Assembly: GCA_964356195.1 (NCBI GenBank)
Contig: CAYHGP010000001.1
Location: forward strand, 43,513-107,512
Direction of reading: 5' to 3'
Source of the DNA: an uncultured Candidatus Peribacteria bacterium
GTDB taxonomy: Bacteria > Patescibacteriota > Gracilibacteria > UBA1369 > 2-02-FULL-48-14
DNA: 64,000 nt
A program made the position numbers and the translations under genes. The notes under the pieces are model-generated. The model saw only the letters and a program-made list of their open reading frames with translations. It was not told where the DNA came from and did not search any database. The number at the start of each line of letters is the position of its first letter. Position 1 is the stretch's first letter. Below, one piece after another: positions 1 through 9,363 of the stretch.

Positions 1-1
1 T

Positions 2-745
2 GCCGTGGTTACGAAGCCTTTCTCTTTCGAAGGACACCGACGACGCACGCAAGCTGAAGAGGGTCTCGAGAATCTCAAGAACAAAGTGGATACGCTCATC
101 ACGATTCCGAACGATAAGATTTTGTCTCTCATCGACAAAAAGACTCCTCTCACCGAGGCGTTCATGGTTGTGGATGATGTATTGCGACAGGGAGTTCAAG
201 GTATTTCCGATTTGATCACCGTACACGGAATGATCAACGTGGACTTTGCCGACGTGAAAGCGATTATGGAAAATGCCGGTTCCGCGCTCATGGGAATTGG
301 TTACGGAACAGGAGAAAATCGCGCTACGGAAGCGGCTCGTGCTGCGGTGGAAAGCCCGCTTTTGGAGCTCGATATTCAAGGTGCGAAGGGAATTCTCTTC
401 AACATCACCGGAGGAAGCGACCTCTCTATGTTTGAAGTGGACGAAGCCGCTCGTATTATTACCGAGGCTGCCGACCCTGAAGCGAACATTATTTTTGGAG
501 CGGTTATCAACGATTCTTACACCGGTGAAATTAAGATCACTGTGGTGGCTACCGGCTTTGACGACGTAAAGCGTGGTGTTCAAATCGCTCGACCTCTCGG
601 AGAATTCCGACCGATGAGCAGCATGAATGCCGCCCCTCGTCCTACGATGGAAGCTCGTCCAAATACTCCTTCCATGCCTATGGCGGAAGATGGAGCTAGC
701 GAATACGATATCCCGGCGTTCATAAGACAGAAGATGCAGAAGTAG
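2..745 (+). CDS. ftsZ: Cell division GTPase FtsZ, C-terminal part (5' end cut by the window edge)
   Basis: The translation shows the FtsZ core (FSFEGx[32 protein letters not shown]) and the conserved C-terminal peptide [12 protein letters not shown] stop at 743-745. Confidence 0.95.
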   Translation, partial: AVVTKPFSFEGHRRRTQAEEGLENLKNKVDTLITIPNDKILSLIDKKTPLTEAFMVVDDVLRQGVQGISDLITVHGMINVDFADVKAIMENAGSALMGIGYGTGENRATEAARAAVESPLLELDIQGAKGILFNITGGSDLSMFEVDEAARIITEAADPEANIIFGAVINDSYTGEIKITVVATGFDDVKRGVQIARPLGEFRPMSSMNAAPRPTMEARPNTPSMPMAEDGASEYDIPAFIRQKMQK

Positions 746-795
746 AGCCGTTGGCTCCTCCCAAAGGGTCTTTAAAATTCCGATGAACACAATAA

Positions 796-828
796 ATAGC
801 CCCCACCGCGGGGCTATTTATTTTTTTG
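796..828. terminator. Rho-independent terminator hairpin shared by convergent genes
   Basis: Perfect 8-bp stem ATAGCCCC (796-803) / GGGGCTAT (810-817) with a 6-nt loop, followed by TTATTTTTTTG. It lies between the ftsZ stop (745) and the stop of the minus-strand gene (818-820). Confidence 0.7.
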
Positions 829-2059
829 TATTTAATTCTGTTCGTAGCTCTGCTGTGAGGCGTTTGCATTCGTCGTAAGCTCGTTGCCCAATGGCTTTTA
901 CGTCGGTGGTGGTGAGGTCTTCGGCTGCAAATTGTTTCAAGTCAACCAAATTAAATCCGCCTTGTGTTTTCACTTGCTCTGCAATGACTCCCTGGTTTTC
1001 AGATGAAAGACGATCTACCACGTAAGGTTGCATGAGCCGAACAAACAAGGCGTCTGGAGCGTCTGGAGGGATTGCATCGTCCACTCGATCGAGCAAAGTC
1101 CATTTTCCAGTGCCTTCGGAGCCGGCCAGCTCGGCGCTATAGCCACAGAGTTCTTGAACTTGGCGTGGCGTGAAACAGTTTTCGATGTGCAAAGTACCCA
1201 TTCCGTAAATTTCTGCGTCCACGCGGCGTTGCATGCAGCCCTGGTGAAAGTTCACTTCTTTGTCACGGTCAACCAACAGGAGATGTGTAGCCTCGTGATG
1301 AAGGGTGTCCCGAGTCAGACTTGCCTCGAACTCCTCAGGGTTTTGTGTGCCCGGGTATCCCTTAAAGTCCTCGGCCAACCGTTTCGCCATTTGCGTTTGA
1401 TCGTTAACATAAAACTGCACCACTTGGCCGTTGGTGTCTCCTTCTGCAGTGGTTTGGGCAGGGAGCTCGCCGGTCATGTTTTCAACGATGTAAAGAACGG
1501 GGTATTTTGCCGCGCCGAGCTTATCGTGTATAGCAATTTGATCGGTTTGATCGAAGCGGTACTCGTTGATGATCCATACTTTGTCCTGCTGCCTAAGCTG
1601 AAGGTGAGCGCCGTCCGCGTGGAGGAATTCGTTCAAAAATCGTACTAGATCCAGAAGTTCCACCTTAGCTCCCTGTGGGAAACGTGACAGGTAATAAGGA
1701 TCGATTTTTTTGCCGCTGCGCTCGCTTAAGAATCGACAGACGTCGGTTACGAGCTCGTTGATGTGTTTTTGATCACGACGCTCTTCTTCCGAAAGCTTCG
1801 CATACTTCTGTTTGTAGGTTGTGGCAAAATGCCCTGAACTGCCTTTAGCGAGTTCTTCGAATTCCTCTTGGCTCATATCGAGGCCCGCCGGTTTCTCATA
1901 AACAACGCTTTCCCCAAGAAGCTGGGATTCAGGGTAGCCGGCGTCGATAACTGCAGCTGGGGCGGATGGAGCAGAAAGTTCTGCCTTTGCAGGCTCGGGC
2001 TTTTCAGCGTCCCCATCGAGGGCCAGGAGGCCGAGTAAAGCGAAGTTTCTAAGTTTCAT
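818..2059 (-). CDS. Hypothetical secreted protein with an HExxH motif (possible zinc metalloprotease, family not recognised)
   Basis: N-terminal hydrophobic signal-like segment MKLRNFALLGLLAL and a single HEATH (HExxH) motif in the C-terminal third. I recognise no other family signature. Confidence 0.5.
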   Translation of the reverse strand: MKLRNFALLGLLALDGDAEKPEPAKAELSAPSAPAAVIDAGYPESQLLGESVVYEKPAGLDMSQEEFEELAKGSSGHFATTYKQKYAKLSEEERRDQKHINELVTDVCRFLSERSGKKIDPYYLSRFPQGAKVELLDLVRFLNEFLHADGAHLQLRQQDKVWIINEYRFDQTDQIAIHDKLGAAKYPVLYIVENMTGELPAQTTAEGDTNGQVVQFYVNDQTQMAKRLAEDFKGYPGTQNPEEFEASLTRDTLHHEATHLLLVDRDKEVNFHQGCMQRRVDAEIYGMGTLHIENCFTPRQVQELCGYSAELAGSEGTGKWTLLDRVDDAIPPDAPDALFVRLMQPYVVDRLSSENQGVIAEQVKTQGGFNLVDLKQFAAEDLTTTDVKAIGQRAYDECKRLTAELRTELNTKK

Positions 2060-2173
2060 GGTAAATTAAGATATGGGGTATTTATTTTAACCTATTTTGC
2101 CGTTTAGTCAAATGGAATGTCCTCCCTTGAGATCACGGGAGTTTTTTCGCGAAACCAATGGTATGCTGTACTT

Positions 2174-3163
2174 ATGCATATTCAGGTTCTTCATTCCGAC
2201 CAAGCGTCTCTTCTCGAGGAGTTTGTTTCCGGCCACCCGCGGGGTTCAATCGAGCAAACCTGGGCGTGGGGCGGGCTGCAGACGCAGATTCCCGGCAGAC
2301 CGGAATTCCGCGTATTTGGGCTGTTTGAAGGAGAAAAAATAGTGGGTTCGATGCTGCTTGTACGGCAAGCGATGGGTTTTGGAAAGGCGTGGCTGTGGTG
2401 TCCGCGGGGGCCGCTTTTGCCATTAGGTCAGGAGAAAGAGGCCTGGGATTTGCTCCGAGAAGCGTGTGCCAACTGGGCGGGGCTGCACGGAGCGGTGTTT
2501 TTAAGGGTGGAAAGTGGTTGTTTGAAAGCGGATGAAGTCGTTGTACGCGGAAAAGATGCCAAGGAATGCTACCTTCCCGAAGACACTTTGATGCTCGATT
2601 TAACGCTTTCGGAAGAGAAATTGCTGGCGGGTATGAACCAGAGTTGTCGGCGAAATCTCAAAAAGGCGGCGGGCGTGAAGGTGGGCAAGGGCACGGAGGA
2701 GGATTTCTTGGCGTTTTACCGACTCCTGAAAGAAACGGCCGTGCGAGACGGCTTCCATGTGCATCAAGATGGTTTTTATAAGGCTTTTTTGCGAGATTTG
2801 GGGGACAAGGCTGTTTTTTACGTGGCGAAGCTGGAGGAAGAGGTGGTTGGCGGCGCACTGATGGTGCATTTTGGAGATACGGCGACTTACTACTTTGGCG
2901 CTTCGGCAAACGCGGCTCGCGAGGCCAAGGTGGGTCATGCCATTCAGTGGCACGCCATTGCAGCGGCGAAGGCGGCGAGGTTTAAAAAGTATGACTTCCT
3001 TGGAATTGCTCCGGAAGGGAACTCACGGCACTCGTTGGCGGGCGTGACCCAGTTCAAGCTTGGGTTTGGTGGGAATCGAGTGAGCTACCAAAAAACGCAG
3101 GCCTTTGTGTATCGACGGCTGTGGTGGTGGGCGTACAGACTCGCAAAGGCCCTGCGGATTTAA
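2174..3163 (+). CDS. FemAB-family peptidoglycan aminoacyl-transferase (lipid II peptide-bridge formation) homolog
   Basis: FemAB-like blocks: SIEQTWAWG, RRNLKKA, FYRLLKETAVRDGF, YYFGASANAAREAKVGHAIQWHAI, YDFLGIAP, GVTQFKLGFGG. The start is placed at ATG 2174 (MHIQVL); the ORF track offers 2117. Confidence 0.7.
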   Translation: MHIQVLHSDQASLLEEFVSGHPRGSIEQTWAWGGLQTQIPGRPEFRVFGLFEGEKIVGSMLLVRQAMGFGKAWLWCPRGPLLPLGQEKEAWDLLREACANWAGLHGAVFLRVESGCLKADEVVVRGKDAKECYLPEDTLMLDLTLSEEKLLAGMNQSCRRNLKKAAGVKVGKGTEEDFLAFYRLLKETAVRDGFHVHQDGFYKAFLRDLGDKAVFYVAKLEEEVVGGALMVHFGDTATYYFGASANAAREAKVGHAIQWHAIAAAKAARFKKYDFLGIAPEGNSRHSLAGVTQFKLGFGGNRVSYQKTQAFVYRRLWWWAYRLAKALRI

Positions 3164-3663
3164 ATCTCCACGTCTTTGCTTTTTTTGCTGCGTTTTTTTT
3201 CTTCGATTTCAAAAGCGCGATCTATAAAAAGGACGCCGTTGAGATGGTCCACTTCGTGTTGGATGATGCGGGCGTTGAAGTGAAAGAGTTCGAGCGTGTG
3301 ATCTTGATTTTTCAGGTTTTTGTAGCGCACCAAGACTCGAGAGGCGCGACGAACTTTGCCCCAAACACCGGGAAGACTGAGGCAGCCTTCTTCCCCTTCT
3401 TCTTGTTCTTCAGAAAGTTCGAGGATTTCAGGGTTGATCATGGGAAAAACGATTTCGTTTTTTTCGCCGGGGTTGAGCTTCACAATCACCATGCGGATGT
3501 TACGGCCAACCTGAGGTGCGGCAATTCCAACGCCACTGAGTTCATCCATGGCCTTCACCATGTCTACGGCAAAACTACGCAGTTCCGCGGTAATGGTTTT
3601 TACCGGCTTGGAAACCGTGCGTAGAATGGTGTTTTCGGTGCCTTTTTCGACTTTGATGCTCAT
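3160..3663 (-). CDS. def: Peptide deformylase
   Basis: Canonical motifs GIAAPQVG, EGCLSLPG and HEVDHLNG. Confidence 0.95.
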   Translation of the reverse strand: MSIKVEKGTENTILRTVSKPVKTITAELRSFAVDMVKAMDELSGVGIAAPQVGRNIRMVIVKLNPGEKNEIVFPMINPEILELSEEQEEGEEGCLSLPGVWGKVRRASRVLVRYKNLKNQDHTLELFHFNARIIQHEVDHLNGVLFIDRAFEIEEKKRSKKSKDVEI

Positions 3664-3665
3664 GC

Positions 3666-4757
3666 TTAAGATTGCTTTAGTTTTAGCCCAGCTTCTATAA
3701 ATTCGTCAATTTCGCCGTTGAGGACTTTGTCGACCTGGCTGGTTTCGTAGTCGGTACGGTGGTCTTTTACCATCTGGTAGGGCTGGAGGACGTAGGAGCG
3801 AATTTGGTTACCCCAAGAGGTTTGGACGTGTTCGCCGCGGATCTCCTGAATGGTATCCAGATGATGTTGCTCCTGCAGGGCGAGCAGTTTAGCCTTGAGC
3901 ATATTGAGGGCATTTTCACGGTTTTGAATTTGGCTGCGCTCGGTCTGACAGTTCACAACAAGACCGGTGGGGATGTGTTTGAGGCGCACCGCGGAAGAGA
4001 CTTTATTCACATTTTGACCTCCCGCTCCACTGGAGCGAATGAATTCCCATTCGAGCTCGTCTTCTTTGATTTCGAGTTCAGTATTGTTATCGATTTCAGG
4101 AGCCACTTCCACGAGAGCGAAAGAGGTTTCACGGGTGTGTTTAGCATTGAAAGGGGAGAGGCGCACCAGGCGGTGAACGCCGTTTTCGTGCTTGAGGTAG
4201 CCGTAAGCGAAGGCGCCCTCTACTTTAAAAGAAGCGCTTTTGATGCCGGCCTCTTCGGCGGTGCTGAGGTCCAGTTGCGTGGTTTTCCAACCGCGAGTGT
4301 CGCAATAGCGGAGGTACATTCGCATGAGCATTTCGGCAAAATCTTGGGCATCCACGCCGCCGGTTCCCGCATGGAAAGAAAGGATGGCGGGGTTCGCGTC
4401 ATAAGGACCGCTGAGGTAGAGCTCAATGTTCAGACGGTTGTGCGTTTTTTCGGCCTCGGCGAGGTCTTTTTCGAGCTGGCTCACGGTTTCTTTGTCGTCG
4501 GCAGCCACCATTTCGGTGAGGTCGAGCAGGTTCTTCACGTCGTGTTCGAGCCTTTCCCATTCCTCAAGCGTGCTGCGAATAAAACCCGCTTCTTTGGAAA
4601 CTTTTTGTGCGTGTTCTTGATCGCTCCAAAAATCAGGCGCGCCCATTTCCACCTCAAGAGCAGCGAGTTTTGATTTCTTGTGGGGGAGGTCCAGATGATC
4701 GAGGGACTTTTTCACTTCGTCCTCAAGAAGATGGAGGCGGTCTTTGATTTCTTGCAT
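3666..4757 (-). CDS. prfB: Peptide chain release factor 2, one uninterrupted frame
   Basis: SPF tripeptide (RLSPFN), GGQ motif (SGAGGQNVNK), and end-to-end similarity to RF2. The likely ATG is at 4757 (MQEIKD); an alternative GTG lies at 4784. No internal stop or +1 frameshift site. Confidence 0.93.
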   Translation of the reverse strand: MQEIKDRLHLLEDEVKKSLDHLDLPHKKSKLAALEVEMGAPDFWSDQEHAQKVSKEAGFIRSTLEEWERLEHDVKNLLDLTEMVAADDKETVSQLEKDLAEAEKTHNRLNIELYLSGPYDANPAILSFHAGTGGVDAQDFAEMLMRMYLRYCDTRGWKTTQLDLSTAEEAGIKSASFKVEGAFAYGYLKHENGVHRLVRLSPFNAKHTRETSFALVEVAPEIDNNTELEIKEDELEWEFIRSSGAGGQNVNKVSSAVRLKHIPTGLVVNCQTERSQIQNRENALNMLKAKLLALQEQHHLDTIQEIRGEHVQTSWGNQIRSYVLQPYQMVKDHRTDYETSQVDKVLNGEIDEFIEAGLKLKQS

Positions 4758-4816
4758 AAAAGGCTTTAGTCGGGCCGTGCCCACTCTAAAGCCTTTTGAG
4801 CTATTTTCAAAGAGGA

Positions 4817-5887
4817 CTACTGTTCTACCACCCCTAATGCCGGTGCGAGGTCTTTTTGTACTCTCGCTATCCAGCCCTGCAGACCTTCTTTCGTTACTTC
4901 ACCGTTTGCTACGCGTCGGTAGAGACGGGCTTGAAGATCGCGGTGCTCTGTCGCTTCAGGTTTGTCGATGAAGATGAACGGTTCATATTCATAGTCTCCG
5001 CTGTTCCCTCTGGCGCGGGCTTTAGTAATGGCCTCTTTCCAAGGAGCGTCTGGTCCGTAATGAACAAAGAATTGTTGGCAGCTTGCGCGTTCATTTTCAC
5101 CAAGATCTACATAGTTGCTCTTACTATAAACATCAGTGCAGTCCGTTGCTTGAAGCGTGTGCAGGTACGCTGTTTCTTTGCTCACATCCAGAGTTGCTGC
5201 ATAGGCTGTGGCGGCGTCGAGCTCTTCTTTCAACTCTGCTCTCGTTTCCGGGCTCGCTTGCCCTACCTTATAACTCACGTAAGGAAGTGCCCAGTTATAG
5301 AGTTGTTCCTGTTGCCTGGGATCATTGAGAAAGCTTGTGCCTGGCTTGAGTCCGTAGGCACTGTCTGTTTTTAGCATGGAGGCTGACCAGCCCGTAGCAT
5401 TTTGACTAAGCTCTTTCAATACTTCTTCCCAAGGGGTTGGGTCGCTCGCAAACATAGCCTTGCCATCCATTGAAATTTTTTCGTAAGGCAGGTCTAGGCC
5501 TTCCGGGAGAGGAGATGTGTCTATTCGTTGATCACAGTTGTTGTCGTGGCCGTCAAAAACCTCTGCCGCGCCTGGGTTGGTCGCTGCATCGCTATCGTCA
5601 CAGTCTCCTGCTTGCGGGGCTAAGGTTCTAAGGTAGGTCTTCTCCTTAAGCTTTTCTTGAGTGGCACAAACCGCTTCAACTACGGATTGGTCCGAGGAAT
5701 TTACGGCCGGGAATTCACCCGGAGCACAGGTGACTTTCGGATATACCTTTGGGTCTGCGTGGAGCGAGACGGCTCCGTAGCCATCCCTGTCATGATCTGG
5801 CCAGTATTGGGCCGGTTCGCCCTTTGTCCCACAACCGGGAAGAGCCGCCACCGTAAGGACTGTTGCTAAGGTTTGAAGCCTGTTCAT
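4817..5887 (-). CDS. Hypothetical lipoprotein with MopE-type 'putative metal-binding' Asp/Cys motifs
   Basis: Lipobox in the signal peptide (TVAALPGC). Also DRDGYGA and DCDDSDAATNPGAAEVFDGHDNNCDQRID, which resemble the D-x-D-G-Y / C-D-D-x-D repeat of PF11617-type motifs. Confidence 0.55.
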   Translation of the reverse strand: MNRLQTLATVLTVAALPGCGTKGEPAQYWPDHDRDGYGAVSLHADPKVYPKVTCAPGEFPAVNSSDQSVVEAVCATQEKLKEKTYLRTLAPQAGDCDDSDAATNPGAAEVFDGHDNNCDQRIDTSPLPEGLDLPYEKISMDGKAMFASDPTPWEEVLKELSQNATGWSASMLKTDSAYGLKPGTSFLNDPRQQEQLYNWALPYVSYKVGQASPETRAELKEELDAATAYAATLDVSKETAYLHTLQATDCTDVYSKSNYVDLGENERASCQQFFVHYGPDAPWKEAITKARARGNSGDYEYEPFIFIDKPEATEHRDLQARLYRRVANGEVTKEGLQGWIARVQKDLAPALGVVEQ

Positions 5888-5994
5888 GAGAATGGGGTGA
5901 GAGAATTACAATATTTTAGCGCGTTTTGGCTTTATGTCAAGGGCCGTGTTTTTTGGGGGCGATTTTATGAACGTGCTTGGGTATACTGGGCGCA

Positions 5995-7482
5995 ATGTCT
6001 ACCGCAAAGAAAATTCTCGGGAATACCCTGGTGCAAGTGGCCGGACGCGCGGTTATGGCCGTTGCGAGCATTGCGATTTTAAAGTCGGTTTCAGGATTTT
6101 TGAGTGTGGAGGGCTATGGGCAGTACACGGCGGTTTATGAGTTTTTGGCGTTTTTTGGGATTGCGGCGGACTTCGGGCTATTCACCATTGGCGTGCGGGA
6201 AATGAGCAAGGGTGTGCGCGAACGTAACTTTGTTGCGGGGAATATTTTGGGGATGCGAATGTTGACGGCCGTGGTGGCCATGAGCGTGGCCGTGGTGGCC
6301 GCTTTTTTGATTCCAAATTACCAAGGAACTTATATTCCGATTGGAATCGCCATCGCCTCGCTGTCCGTGTTTTTGACGATTTTGCAGGGCACCATTTCCA
6401 GCGTTTTGCAGGTGGAACTCAAGATGCAGCACACCACGGTGGCCCTGGTGACGGGGAAGCTGATTTCGCTGACGTGGATGCTGGCGACTATTTTTTATTT
6501 TTACGCTGGCGAGCCTTCACAGGAATCGTTTAATCAGCTGATGATTGCGGGGCTGATTGGGAATTTGTTTTCCTTCGTTTACACGTACCGCGCTGCCGCG
6601 AAGTACGCCGCGCTGAAGCCTTTGTATGACAAGGTGTATTGGAAAGAAATCTTTTTTGGGGCGTTTCCGTATGGAATCGCCTTGGTGCTGAATATGATTT
6701 ATTTCCGCATCGACAGCATCATGATTCTATTTATTAAGGGGCCTCATGAGCTTGGGTTTTACGGGCCTTCCATGCGGATTTTGGAAATCCTGAATGTGAT
6801 CCCGGTTTATTTCATGAACAGCGTGCTGCCCGTTTTGTCGCGAAATTTGACTGAGAATCCCAAGAAGGTGGAGCGCATCATTCAGCTGGCCATGAACTTT
6901 TTGTACATGGCGGCCCTGCCCATGACAATTGGGCTTTACTTGCTGGCGTATCCCATTATTTTCCTCATCACGCAGCCGGAGTTTTTGAGTCAGATCGATA
7001 AAGGAATTTATGGGTCGGACGTGGCGCTACAAATTCTGGTCCTCGGGATGGCTATTTCATTCAACAGCAGTTTGTACAACTACTCGCTGGTGGCGCTGGG
7101 CAAGCAGGCCAAACTTTTGTGGATCAATGGAGGGGCGGCGGTGCTGAATATTGCAGTGAACCTTTACGCGATTCCGCATTGGGGATTTCGCGGGGCGGCC
7201 TGGACCACAGTGGCCACGGAGGTTTTCATTTTGGTGGCGGCCGGTTGGACGGCGCGGCGTTATTTGAAATACACGGTTGATTGGGTGAGTATGTTCAAGA
7301 CGAGCATTGCGGGGCTGGGGATGGGGCTGGCCGTGTACTTCCTCAGAGAGCCCACTTATTATTTGTGGGGGCTGCAGAATTTGAATGTGGTCTTGCTCGC
7401 GGGCGGAGGGGCTTTGCTCTACGGATTCTTGCTCTACGTCCTCGGCGCGATCCCTGCGGAGTTTAGGAAAAAGTTGGTTTAG
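5995..7482 (+). CDS. MOP-superfamily polysaccharide/lipid-linked oligosaccharide flippase (Wzx/MurJ-like)
   Basis: About 495 aa and highly hydrophobic, with many predicted TM helices. The N-terminus (KKILGNTLVQVAGRAV...) is typical of the polysaccharide biosynthesis protein family. ATG at 5995; the track start at 5977 is TTG. Confidence 0.65.
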   Translation: MSTAKKILGNTLVQVAGRAVMAVASIAILKSVSGFLSVEGYGQYTAVYEFLAFFGIAADFGLFTIGVREMSKGVRERNFVAGNILGMRMLTAVVAMSVAVVAAFLIPNYQGTYIPIGIAIASLSVFLTILQGTISSVLQVELKMQHTTVALVTGKLISLTWMLATIFYFYAGEPSQESFNQLMIAGLIGNLFSFVYTYRAAAKYAALKPLYDKVYWKEIFFGAFPYGIALVLNMIYFRIDSIMILFIKGPHELGFYGPSMRILEILNVIPVYFMNSVLPVLSRNLTENPKKVERIIQLAMNFLYMAALPMTIGLYLLAYPIIFLITQPEFLSQIDKGIYGSDVALQILVLGMAISFNSSLYNYSLVALGKQAKLLWINGGAAVLNIAVNLYAIPHWGFRGAAWTTVATEVFILVAAGWTARRYLKYTVDWVSMFKTSIAGLGMGLAVYFLREPTYYLWGLQNLNVVLLAGGGALLYGFLLYVLGAIPAEFRKKLV

Positions 7483-7572
7483 TTCTGGACTTGGCCCCCT
7501 GATTTTGTTAGAGTTCGGGCGAAGAAAAATTTGGGGGAAGAAGACTTGTTTAATTGTATCCTGAATTCAAAA

Positions 7573-9363
7573 ATGAAGCAGATTGATAAATTGTCAGAAT
7601 GGCTAAGAGATGCGGTGCAGGGCGGAAGCAAGGCCCCGCTCGCTTCTTTGAAGGACATCCAACAGCCCCAGCCGGGGAAGGGTTTTCGCGGACCGAGCAT
7701 TCATCCCAAAGTAATGCGCGCCATCCCCATTGGGGGGCTTGAAGAAGTGGGGAAGAACTGCATGATTGTTGAGTATGAAAATGACATTGTGGTCATCGAT
7801 ATGGGATTTCAGTTCCCCGACGATGAGCTTTTTGGCGTAGATTACGTGATCCCGGATATTCAGTATTTGGTGGAGCGTAAAGACCGCATTCGCGGAATCT
7901 TGATTACGCACGGGCATTTGGATCATATTGGGGCGCTTGCTTACGTGTTGCCGGATTTGGGTTTTCCCACAATCTATGGTTCCTCTCTTTCTTTGGGCCT
8001 GGTGCAAAAACAACTTGAGGAACACAAGATGATGAAGCAGGCGAAGTTCAAAGTGGTGGACAACAAGCAGACTTATAATATGGGGCAGTTGCAGGTGGAC
8101 TTTTTCCGCGTTAACCATTCTATTCCGGACGCCATGGGAATCTTTGTGAAGAGTCCGGCTGGAAGTTTGATTCATACCGGAGACTTTAAGTTCGACTTCA
8201 CTCCGTCCGATGGGGTGGATGCGGACATCAAGAAGATTAGCGAGCTTGGAAAACGTGGTGTGAACATTTTGTTTTCGGACAGCACCAACGCGCTTAAACC
8301 GGGGCACACGATTTCGGAACGCGTGGTGGCTGAAAACTTGGAGGCGGCGATTTCCGACGCGAAGGGCCGTATTGTGATTGCGTGTTTTTCTTCGATGATC
8401 GGACGAATGCAGCAGATTTTAGACTTTGCCAAAAGGCACCGTCGTAAGGTTTTCCTTTCCGGAGGAAGCTTGGTGAGTAATTTTGAAATTGCCCGAAAAC
8501 TTGGATTCTTGAAGTTCGAAAAGGGTTTTGTTAATGAAATACGCACCGTGAACCAAACTCCGGACCGCGAGGTTCTTATCCTCAGTACTGGGTCTCAAGG
8601 AGAACCTATGGCGGCCTTGTCCCGCATGGCGACCGGCGCCCATGCCAGCGTTAAAATTCACGCGGGGGACACTGTGGTGGCTTCGTCGTCGCCCATCCCC
8701 GGAAACGAGAAGGCTGTGGCATTTTTGGTGGACGCCTTGGCTCGCCGCGGGGCTTATGTGGTGCACAATCAAATGATGGACGTTCACGCCTCCGGACATG
8801 GGCAACAGGAAGATTTGAAGCTGATGATGAGCTTGGTGAGGCCGGATCATTTGGTCCCCATTCACGGTAACTTTTATATGCGGCAGGCCCACGCGAAGTT
8901 GGCCCCCGAGGTCGGAATCCCTATGGAAAACACCCATATGATGGATAATGGAAATGTGGTTGAAATTCGTGATCACAAGGTCACTCAAAAACAGGAAGAC
9001 ATCAAAGTGCGTTATATGGTGGTGGATGGAACCGGGCGTGGGGACTTGGGCTCCCAAGTTTTGAAAGAACGTGAGGCCATGGCGCAGAACGGGCTTATTT
9101 CTTTGGTGGTTAAAATGAATAAAGGTCGACTTGCCGGCAATCCTATTATTACGACTCGAGGCTTTGTGGTTTCCAAAGAGGAGCAGAAGGCCCTGAAGGA
9201 AATTGATGGCAAAATCCGCGATAGCATCTCTAAAATTCAACGAAAGAACAAGCAGCCTACGCTTGAGGATTACACGAATGGAATTCGTAGCGACGTGGCG
9301 GGCTTGGCCCTTCAACGGTTCAATAAAAGGCCCTTGGTTCTTCCCACGATTTTGTTCATTTAA
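7573..9363 (+). CDS. rnj: Ribonuclease J (metallo-beta-lactamase / beta-CASP RNase)
   Basis: IPIGGLEEVGKNCMIVEY, the HGHLDHIG zinc motif, TGDFKFD, and HASGHGQQEDL near the C-terminal part. The start is uncertain (TTG 7531, ATG 7573 or ATG 7714). Confidence 0.9.
   Translation: MKQIDKLSEWLRDAVQGGSKAPLASLKDIQQPQPGKGFRGPSIHPKVMRAIPIGGLEEVGKNCMIVEYENDIVVIDMGFQFPDDELFGVDYVIPDIQYLVERKDRIRGILITHGHLDHIGALAYVLPDLGFPTIYGSSLSLGLVQKQLEEHKMMKQAKFKVVDNKQTYNMGQLQVDFFRVNHSIPDAMGIFVKSPAGSLIHTGDFKFDFTPSDGVDADIKKISELGKRGVNILFSDSTNALKPGHTISERVVAENLEAAISDAKGRIVIACFSSMIGRMQQILDFAKRHRRKVFLSGGSLVSNFEIARKLGFLKFEKGFVNEIRTVNQTPDREVLILSTGSQGEPMAALSRMATGAHASVKIHAGDTVVASSSPIPGNEKAVAFLVDALARRGAYVVHNQMMDVHASGHGQQEDLKLMMSLVRPDHLVPIHGNFYMRQAHAKLAPEVGIPMENTHMMDNGNVVEIRDHKVTQKQEDIKVRYMVVDGTGRGDLGSQVLKEREAMAQNGLISLVVKMNKGRLAGNPIITTRGFVVSKEEQKALKEIDGKIRDSISKIQRKNKQPTLEDYTNGIRSDVAGLALQRFNKRPLVLPTILFI

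Noticed and set aside
3666-4784. Programmed +1 frameshift in prfB.
   Set aside because: RF2 is encoded in one continuous frame with no in-frame stop near codon 25-30. Frameshift-free prfB is common, so it is not reported as a finding.
5873-6140. Short ORFs 5873-6082 and 5934-6140 upstream of or overlapping the flippase start.
   Set aside because: They overlap the flippase N-terminus or the lipoprotein promoter region, and their translations have no motifs and an odd composition. They are likely non-coding.
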